Below are positions 20,165 to 26,533 of a stretch of 26,533 nucleotides of DNA, piece by piece. Origin of the DNA: Nitrospinaceae bacterium (GTDB taxonomy: Bacteria; Nitrospinota; Nitrospinia; Nitrospinales; VA-1). The position numbers and the translations under genes are program-made. The stretch covers positions 1-26,533 of the forward strand of contig JBHHVU010000045.1 of assembly GCA_046754465.1 (NCBI GenBank). The letters are read 5' to 3'. The notes below the pieces were generated by a model. That model had not been told where the DNA came from and searched no databases. It was given only the letters and a program-made list of their open reading frames with translations. How positions within the stretch are numbered: position 1 is the stretch's first letter; each line of letters opens with the position of its first letter.

Positions 20165-21781
20165 ATGGGAGACCCAACCCATATCATTGAACTGATCGAC
20201 CGGATCCTCGAGGAAACCGCCGATCGTCCCCATTTGCAGGAAATGATTTTCGATCTGCGGGATGCTTTGTTCGATTCCCAGCAAACGGCCCGGCAACTTT
20301 CCCTGAAAATAAAAACCCTCGAGGAGGCGGTGCAAAAATTAAAATCGCCCGCTCACCGGATTGGAACCATCCTGGGAAAAGGAGAGGATGGGCTGTACCG
20401 GCTCATCGTAGGCGGGACGGAGTACCAGGCCGCCGTCTCTCCCGAACTTCTGGAAAAAGGTCCGTTAAAAACAGGGGAACAGGTGGCATTGAATGAAGGA
20501 TTTGTCGCTATCACCAAACTCCCCCAGCCTCACCAGGGGCCCCTTGTCCGCATTACCAGCCAGTTGGCGGACGGGCAATGGCTCGTCAGCGGCGCCGGCG
20601 CCAATTCGGAAACCATCGTCGTCCCCCATGAAGACATGGATACTTCCTCCCTCAAGGAAGGGGAAGAGGTGATCCTCGATCCCAACCAGAGAGTGATTCT
20701 GAACAAACTCCCCAAACGCCAATCGAAATCCTTCGTGGCAGATGATTTCGTTCCCGTCGGCTGGAATCATGTGGGCGGGCAGGAACAGGTCATCAAGGAA
20801 GTGCACAAGGTCATCGAGTATCCCCTCCTCCACCAGGATATCCTGACGCAAATGGATTACCAGGTGCCCAAGGGATTCCTGTTTTATGGTCCGCCGGGCT
20901 GCGGAAAAACCCTAATGGGCAAAGCCATTCTGACGGAGGTCATCCGCAAGCTTTCGAGCAAGGAGCAAAAGGAACTGCAAGGCCGGTTCATTCATGTCAA
21001 GGGACCGGAAATTCTCAACATGTGGCTGGGGGAATCGGAACGCAAGATCCGCGAAATTTTCAGAAAAGCCCGCGATTATAAGGAAAAGGGACAGGTGCCT
21101 TTCATATTCATCGACGAGGCGGAATCGATTTTGGGCACCCGGCAGGCCATGCGCGGTCTTAACATCGCCAACACCCTCGTACCCATGTTCTGCGCCGAGA
21201 TGGACGGCATCCAGTCCCTTCGGGACACCGTGGTGATTCTGGCCACCAACCGGCCCGACCTGATCGATCCCGCCATCCTGCGGGCCGGGAGAATCGACCG
21301 GAAAATCAAGGTGGGGCGCCCCAACCGGGAAGATTGCAAGTCCATCCTGAGGATATACCTGACGGAAAATTTGCCCCGCGAACATCCCAGTTTCGATGAT
21401 ATGGCGGAACCGTTCCTGGACAAACTTTTCAAGCGGTCCGCCGATCAGGAAACGCTGGTCCTCACCCTGCGCAGCGGGGAATTCAAGAAACTGTACTGGA
21501 AGGATTTCATTTCCGGAGCGGTCATCGAGGGAATCGTCAAACGGGTCAAGGAACAGGCCATCGAAAGAGCCATCGCGGGGGAAAAGTTGGTGATCACGGT
21601 TCAGGATCTGCTTCAAGCCCTGGAGAAAGAATTCAAGGAAAGCAGTCTGCTGCCCGCGGAATCCAACCTGGAAGACTGGCTGCAACTCCTTGACATGGAT
21701 TCGCGCCATGTGGTACGTGTTCGGAAACCCAGCGAGGCGGATCATGCGGCCGCCACCACCATGGACCGATCAATCATATGA
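20165..21781 (+). CDS. arc: Proteasomal AAA+ ATPase (ARC/Mpa family)
   Basis: N-terminal coiled coil, GEQVALNE OB-type region, PKGFLFYGPPGCGKT, VKGPEILNMWLGESER, IFIDE, ATNRPDLIDPAILRAGRIDRKI, KDFISGAVI; heads the operon. Confidence 0.92.
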   Translation: MGDPTHIIELIDRILEETADRPHLQEMIFDLRDALFDSQQTARQLSLKIKTLEEAVQKLKSPAHRIGTILGKGEDGLYRLIVGGTEYQAAVSPELLEKGPLKTGEQVALNEGFVAITKLPQPHQGPLVRITSQLADGQWLVSGAGANSETIVVPHEDMDTSSLKEGEEVILDPNQRVILNKLPKRQSKSFVADDFVPVGWNHVGGQEQVIKEVHKVIEYPLLHQDILTQMDYQVPKGFLFYGPPGCGKTLMGKAILTEVIRKLSSKEQKELQGRFIHVKGPEILNMWLGESERKIREIFRKARDYKEKGQVPFIFIDEAESILGTRQAMRGLNIANTLVPMFCAEMDGIQSLRDTVVILATNRPDLIDPAILRAGRIDRKIKVGRPNREDCKSILRIYLTENLPREHPSFDDMAEPFLDKLFKRSADQETLVLTLRSGEFKKLYWKDFISGAVIEGIVKRVKEQAIERAIAGEKLVITVQDLLQALEKEFKESSLLPAESNLEDWLQLLDMDSRHVVRVRKPSEADHAAATTMDRSII

Positions 21782-23265
21782 GCGCGATAGTCCCCCTCAT
21801 CGGGATCGAAACGGAATACGGCATCATCCGCGAAGACCTCGAAACTACCGACCCGGTCGAAGAGTCGATGGCGTTGCTCGGGCGGTGCGAGATTCCCAGC
21901 GTCTTCCGGGCCTGGGCTTATCACCGTGAAAATACGCATCAGGATATGCGCGGCTTCCGCGTCGAGTCCCTCGCCCAGGATGAAGAGGAAGATGAATTTT
22001 GCGCGGAGGACCGGAAACGGCCTTATTCTTACTGGGAGATGAAAAGCGACCGGGTGCTGATCAACGGCGCCCGGTTTTACAACGACCACACGCATCCCGA
22101 ATACACGACGCCGGAGTGCGACAGTGTGTTCGAGCTGGTGGCTCACGATTTGGCCGGGGAGCGGATCGTGTGGGACTGCGCGCAGTCGCGGAACAGCGAC
22201 CTCGGCAAGGACGCCGTCCAGATTTTCAAGAACAATACCGATTACAGCGGACACAGTTACGGCACCCACGACAACTTCCTGATTCCACGGAGACTGGACT
22301 TCGACACCTGGGTGCGGGGGCTGGTGCCGTTTCTGGTGACGCGCCAGCTTTATGCGGGGGCCGGGAAAGTCGGATCGGAAAATCGCAAGGGAGAGGATTT
22401 TTCCGGACTGCAACTCAGTCAGCGCTCCGATTTCATCGAAAGCGTGCTGAGCATCGAAACGATGACGCAGCGTCCGATCATCAACACCCGCGACGAACCG
22501 CATGCGTCTCCGGACCGGTACCGCAGGCTTCACCTGATTCTGGGGGACGCCAATATGTCTCCTTACGCGACGGCGTTGAAGGTGGGAACCACGCGGCTGG
22601 TGCTCACTCTCATCGGGGAGGAAAAACTGGCATCCCCGCCGGCCCTGGACGACCCGGTGCGGGATATCCAAAGGGTGTCCCGCGGGCGCACGGGAAAAAC
22701 CGCGCTGCAACGGGCCAGCGGAGGAACGATCACTCCCCTGGAAATCCAGGAATTCTACCTGGACCAGGCGGAACGACATTATTCAGGTGAATGCAAGGAA
22801 TCGGACTGGATCCTCCGCGAATGGCGCCGGACGCTCGATGAATTGAACCGCTGCCCGGAAAAATTGGGCGACCGGATCGATTGGGCGATCAAGGAAAGCC
22901 TGTTCACCGGTTTCATGGAAGCAGAAAAGTTGGCATGGGACGACCCCTGGCTGCGCAGCCTGGACCTGGAATATCATAACCTGAATCCGGAACGCGGCCT
23001 CTACCGGGGGCTCCAGCAGGAGGGCGGGGTCTTGTCCCTGTTCTCCGAGAATGAGGTGCTCCAGGCGATGCGGCAGGCCCCGGAAGGAACCCGGGCACTG
23101 ATCCGCGGCATGGCGGTTGAACACGAAAGGGACAATATAAAAAAGATCCATTGGACGGCGGTGGAATTCCATGACGGTGAAATTCTGGATTTGACCCAGG
23201 TGGTCACTTCCGCCGATGTCCAGAAAATGCTTAACTCAAAGAAGGAGCGGTTCGCATGGATATGA
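21778..23265 (+). CDS. dop: Dop-type deamidase/deconjugase (PafA2 family)
   Basis: GIETEYGI, Dop-loop insertion, NGARFYNDHTHPEY, KNNTD..G.SYGTHDN, SQRSDFIE, RPIINTRDEPHA, RRLHLILGDAN. Confidence 0.88.
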   Translation: MSAIVPLIGIETEYGIIREDLETTDPVEESMALLGRCEIPSVFRAWAYHRENTHQDMRGFRVESLAQDEEEDEFCAEDRKRPYSYWEMKSDRVLINGARFYNDHTHPEYTTPECDSVFELVAHDLAGERIVWDCAQSRNSDLGKDAVQIFKNNTDYSGHSYGTHDNFLIPRRLDFDTWVRGLVPFLVTRQLYAGAGKVGSENRKGEDFSGLQLSQRSDFIESVLSIETMTQRPIINTRDEPHASPDRYRRLHLILGDANMSPYATALKVGTTRLVLTLIGEEKLASPPALDDPVRDIQRVSRGRTGKTALQRASGGTITPLEIQEFYLDQAERHYSGECKESDWILREWRRTLDELNRCPEKLGDRIDWAIKESLFTGFMEAEKLAWDDPWLRSLDLEYHNLNPERGLYRGLQQEGGVLSLFSENEVLQAMRQAPEGTRALIRGMAVEHERDNIKKIHWTAVEFHDGEILDLTQVVTSADVQKMLNSKKERFAWI

Positions 23266-23432
23266 ATGACCCATTGAGACGAGAAGAACGAAGGGAATCC
23301 ACCCCGGACCGGGAGGACAGCGGCCCCTCCCGTCCGGATGTGTCCCGGCCCGGCCGCGACGGCCTGTTGAAACGCATGAAACGGGTGGACCCGAAGCAAT
23401 CGGAACGATACAGGCAGCGCACCGGGCAATGA
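23256..23432 (+). CDS. ubact: UBact, Pup-analogous small protein modifier, 58 aa ending ...YRQRTGQ (absent from the ORF track)
   Basis: SD GAAGGAG (23241-47); translation MDMNDPLRREERRESTPDREDSGPSRPDVSRPGRDGLLKRMKRVDPKQSERYRQRTGQ*; sits in the pup slot between dop and prcB; stop overlaps the prcB ATG. Confidence 0.93.
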   Translation: MDMNDPLRREERRESTPDREDSGPSRPDVSRPGRDGLLKRMKRVDPKQSERYRQRTGQ

Positions 23433-24229
23433 TTTCGAACCCTGATCAAAACCAGCCGCCGGGCGACTTTATGGAATTGTTGCAACGTTCCGGGTACCGT
23501 TTTCAGTCTTCCCCGCAAAATATGGGCTCCGGGGAAAAAATTCCGGTATCCCAGGGAACCACGGTGCTGGCGTTTCATTTCCAGGACGGCGTGATCGTCG
23601 CCGGTGACCGCCGCGCCACCGCCGGCAACAGCATCATGTACGACCGCTGCGACAAGGTCATCCCCCTCGACGATTATTCTCTCATGGCCATCGCCGGGGT
23701 TCCGGCCACCGCGTTCGAGATGGCCCGCATCCTTTCCCACAATTTCGAGTATTACCGCCGCTCCCAGATGCAGCCCATGAGCACCGAGGGTAAAATCCGC
23801 GCCCTTTCCAAGCTGTTGAAGGAAAATATCGGCATGGCCCTGCAGGGAGTGGGAATGGTCAGTCCCATCTTCGCCACCTACGACATCAAAAGGAAAAAAC
23901 CGTTTATTTATTTTTATGACATGCTGGGCGCTGAGTTCCAGATACTCACCCATACCGCCACGGGGTCCGGATCCCCCATGATCCGCGGTATCCTGGAACA
24001 CGAGGACCTATGGGGAAACAAACCCCTCCAGGAGCGTGACCGGACCGAGGCGGTGACCCTGGCAATCCGTTTGTTGCAGACCGCAGCCCAGTTCGATTCC
24101 GCCACCGGCCGGGCCCGGCCGGAAAAAAAATTATTTCCCGTCATCGCCGTCATCTCCGAGGCCGGATACCATATCATCGGCGAAGAGGATATGGCCGGCT
24201 TGTTCCAAAAATCCCTGAACCGAGGTTGA
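23429..24229 (+). CDS. prcB: 20S proteasome beta subunit
   Basis: 43-aa propeptide, G|TTVLA with Thr1 at 23558, Asp17 (AGDRRAT), Lys33 (DKV), TGSGS, DSATG. Confidence 0.95.
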   Translation: MISNPDQNQPPGDFMELLQRSGYRFQSSPQNMGSGEKIPVSQGTTVLAFHFQDGVIVAGDRRATAGNSIMYDRCDKVIPLDDYSLMAIAGVPATAFEMARILSHNFEYYRRSQMQPMSTEGKIRALSKLLKENIGMALQGVGMVSPIFATYDIKRKKPFIYFYDMLGAEFQILTHTATGSGSPMIRGILEHEDLWGNKPLQERDRTEAVTLAIRLLQTAAQFDSATGRARPEKKLFPVIAVISEAGYHIIGEEDMAGLFQKSLNRG

Positions 24230-24232
24230 GGA

Positions 24233-24997
24233 ATGTTCGAAGAACCTTTTCGCTGGATGGAAGCCATATCCACCCGGCACAGCTATGTCCGTGAAAAGCT
24301 GCAAAAAGGCCAGCCCGTGCTCGCCGTGCCCTACAACGAGGGGGCGCTGCTTCTGGGTTTTTCACCCCAACCGGGAAAAATCTTCGAGGTCTACGACCGC
24401 ATCGCCATGGGCGGGTTGGGTCACCCGGCGGATGTGGAAAAACTGCGGATGACACTGCTCGATATGGCCCACCTGGAGGGGTTCAACCGGTCGGCGCAAG
24501 ACGTCACCATCGCCCGGCTGCTCCAGTTCGGGGTCGCCCCCTCCCTGAAACAAAATTTCGAGGAAGTCATGCGCGCCCCCTACCTCATCCAGTTGATCCT
24601 GGCGGAACTCGATGCGGAGGGCCAGACCAACTTCTACCGCATGAGCTACGACGGCTATTGGGAAAAGCTCAAACATGGCGGGGCGATTGCCGGTGACGCC
24701 AAGGTCGTTGAATGGCTCGACAAGGAAATCGAAAAGGCTCCCTTCCGTTCCCTTCCCCTGGACCAGGCCCTGAGCCGGGCGTGCCGTCTTTGGGAAGAAG
24801 GGAAAAAACACGGCTCCGATCAAGAGGAAAATAATGAGGAAGAATCCGACGGCCCCCCGAAAACCCTGAAAGAGGTGTTCGAGAAATGGAACCTGGAAGC
24901 CGCGGTCCTTTGCGGTAAAACCACCCGGAAATCGATTTATCGGCCTGTCAGCCAGAAAGAAATCGAACAACTGCGCGCTTCGGTCACCGAATCATGA
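24233..24997 (+). CDS. prcA: 20S proteasome alpha subunit
   Basis: KIFEVYDRIAMGGLG, APYLIQLILAEL, YRMSYDG, LEAAVL; directly follows prcB. Confidence 0.9.
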   Translation: MFEEPFRWMEAISTRHSYVREKLQKGQPVLAVPYNEGALLLGFSPQPGKIFEVYDRIAMGGLGHPADVEKLRMTLLDMAHLEGFNRSAQDVTIARLLQFGVAPSLKQNFEEVMRAPYLIQLILAELDAEGQTNFYRMSYDGYWEKLKHGGAIAGDAKVVEWLDKEIEKAPFRSLPLDQALSRACRLWEEGKKHGSDQEENNEEESDGPPKTLKEVFEKWNLEAAVLCGKTTRKSIYRPVSQKEIEQLRASVTES

Positions 24998-26490
24998 AAA
25001 AACGCATCTACGGAATAGAGACCGAATATGGCTTGCTCATCCGCAACAGCGAGTTCCGCTATGATCCGGTAGAAATCGCCAACCGGATCAAGAACTATAT
25101 CTTTTCCAGGGGGCTGGGGGTGTTGGACCTGCATTACCGCGCCAACGACGAACCCCCCGGCAACGGGGGTTTTCTTTCCAACGGCGGCCGGCTGTACCTG
25201 GATATGGGCCACCTGGAATACGCCTCCCCCGAATGCTCCAACCTGGTGGACCTGGTCACCTACGACCGGGCGGGCGACTGGCTGATTCAAGATGCGGTCG
25301 ACGGCCTGGGATGGACCGATCAGGTCTCCATCATCAAGAACAATGTCGACCTGGAAACCAACGCCACCTTCGGATGCCATGAAAATTATCTGGTCGACCG
25401 GTCCTTTCCCTTCGATGAACGGGACAACCTGAAACTCCTCTCTGCCTTTCTGGTGACCCGGCAGATATACAGCGGAACAGGCCGCATCGGCGCCTGCAAC
25501 CCTCACCCCTTCCGGGATTGGGACGGAGTCTCTATGGACACCGTGGAAGAGGAACGGGTGGATTTCCAGATCTCCCAACGCGCGGATCACATTCCTAACG
25601 AGTTTTACCGTTGGGTGCAATACAACCGGGCCATCGTCAACACGCGGGATGAACCCCTCGCCGACCCGAGCAAATACCGCCGCATCCACCTTTTGGTGGG
25701 CGACTCCAACATGAGCGAATTCGCCACCGCCCTGAAAATGGGAACGACCCGGTTGATGCTGGAACTTATGGACCGGGGCGCCGTCAGGCGGGAATGGATT
25801 CTCGCGGATGCCGTCGGCGCCATGCGCTCCATCTCGCGCGACCCGGAATTCCATTGGGAAATAACCCTGAAAGACGGCACCCGCTCCACCGCCCTCGAAC
25901 TGCAATGGGATATCCTGGGGTTCGCAAAAAAACATTTCAAGGGGGAAAACCACGAAGCCGACTGGATCCTCGAAAATTGGGAATGGGTCCTCACGGACCT
26001 GTCCAAGGGACCGGAAGCGCTCATCGGCCGGGTGGATTGGGCCAGCAAATTCTGGATGCTCAAGGAATTCAAAAAAGAAGAAAACCTGGACTGGCACGAC
26101 CCCTGGCTAAAAAGCCAGGACCTCGAATATCACAACCTCAACCGGGCACGGGGACTGTACTGGGGACTGGAAGAATGCGGCGACGCCATCCGGAAAACCA
26201 GCGACGAGGCGATTGAGTATTCCAAAACCACCCCGCCCCGGGGCACCCGCGCCGACGGACGCGGCGAGCTGATCAAGGCCCTTAAAGGGACTCATTCGGG
26301 CTACCTCATCGACTGGATCGGGTTCCGGTTGAATAAAAATGAAGAGCCGTTCCTGATGCTCGACCCGTTTGTTTCCTATAAATCCAAAATCCGGGATTAC
26401 CTGAAACGCATGAACCTGCTTTCCGGCGGGGATCCTCCCTCCACCCTACCCAATCCTCCCGGCACCGATCCCACCGATAAAGAAAAATAA
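24994..26490 (+). CDS. pafA: PafA-type modifier-protein ligase
   Basis: RIYGIETEYG, FLSNGGRLYLDMGHLEYASPEC, DRAG, KNNVD..TFGCHENYL, SQRADH, NTRDEPLAD..YRRIHLLVGDSNMSE, DLEYH. Confidence 0.9.
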   Translation: MKKRIYGIETEYGLLIRNSEFRYDPVEIANRIKNYIFSRGLGVLDLHYRANDEPPGNGGFLSNGGRLYLDMGHLEYASPECSNLVDLVTYDRAGDWLIQDAVDGLGWTDQVSIIKNNVDLETNATFGCHENYLVDRSFPFDERDNLKLLSAFLVTRQIYSGTGRIGACNPHPFRDWDGVSMDTVEEERVDFQISQRADHIPNEFYRWVQYNRAIVNTRDEPLADPSKYRRIHLLVGDSNMSEFATALKMGTTRLMLELMDRGAVRREWILADAVGAMRSISRDPEFHWEITLKDGTRSTALELQWDILGFAKKHFKGENHEADWILENWEWVLTDLSKGPEALIGRVDWASKFWMLKEFKKEENLDWHDPWLKSQDLEYHNLNRARGLYWGLEECGDAIRKTSDEAIEYSKTTPPRGTRADGRGELIKALKGTHSGYLIDWIGFRLNKNEEPFLMLDPFVSYKSKIRDYLKRMNLLSGGDPPSTLPNPPGTDPTDKEK

Positions 26491-26491
26491 C

Positions 26492-26533
26492 GCCCGGGCC
26501 CCGAGCAGGGGATAGGTCCTGGCATCATCGCCA
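26492..26533 (-). repeat. Partial copy of the dispersed element (cut by the window edge)
   Basis: Reverse strand TGGCGATGATGCCAGGACCTATCCCCT followed by hairpin GCTCGG-GGC-CCGGGC, 1 bp after the pafA stop. Confidence 0.75.

Noticed and set aside
23256..23432. Calling the small protein Pup
   Set aside because: Lacks Pup's acidic helix and GGQ/GGE end; sequence fits the UBact type (R-T-G-Q)
21742..26097. Long antisense and alternate-frame ORFs (e.g. 21742-22779, 23231-24001, 24937-26097; likewise 7003-7938, 8392-9354, 14239-15156)
   Set aside because: Shadows of well-supported genes, expected with GC-rich codon usage; no motifs

Overview
GC-rich bacterial chromosomal segment, probably Nitrospinota/Nitrospina-like (inferred from the UBact peptide and gene set). 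Left to right it holds a phosphohexomutase and a stand-alone hexapeptide acetyltransferase, tRNA-Leu(TAG)-tig-clpP-clpX-lon, and a single-domain response regulator. Next is an AT-richer ~3 kb islet: a PAS/sigma54 activator divergent from a sigma54 promoter, a gutted quinone-oxidoreductase pseudogene, a DsrE-like gene and a PNPOx-like gene. Then come a YSC84/SYLF protein, a DinG/YoaA helicase, a fused CDP-alcohol phosphotransferase, a TonB-family protein and a divergent NTP-transferase-like protein. The window ends with a complete, translationally coupled non-actinobacterial tag-and-degrade proteasome operon, arc-dop-ubact-prcB-prcA-pafA, whose 58-aa modifier gene (ending GQ) is missing from the ORF track. 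Six intergenic regions carry copies of a ~98-bp dispersed element that I do not recognise. It is bracketed by two 6-bp-stem/3-nt-loop hairpins whose sequences vary between copies while pairing is kept.
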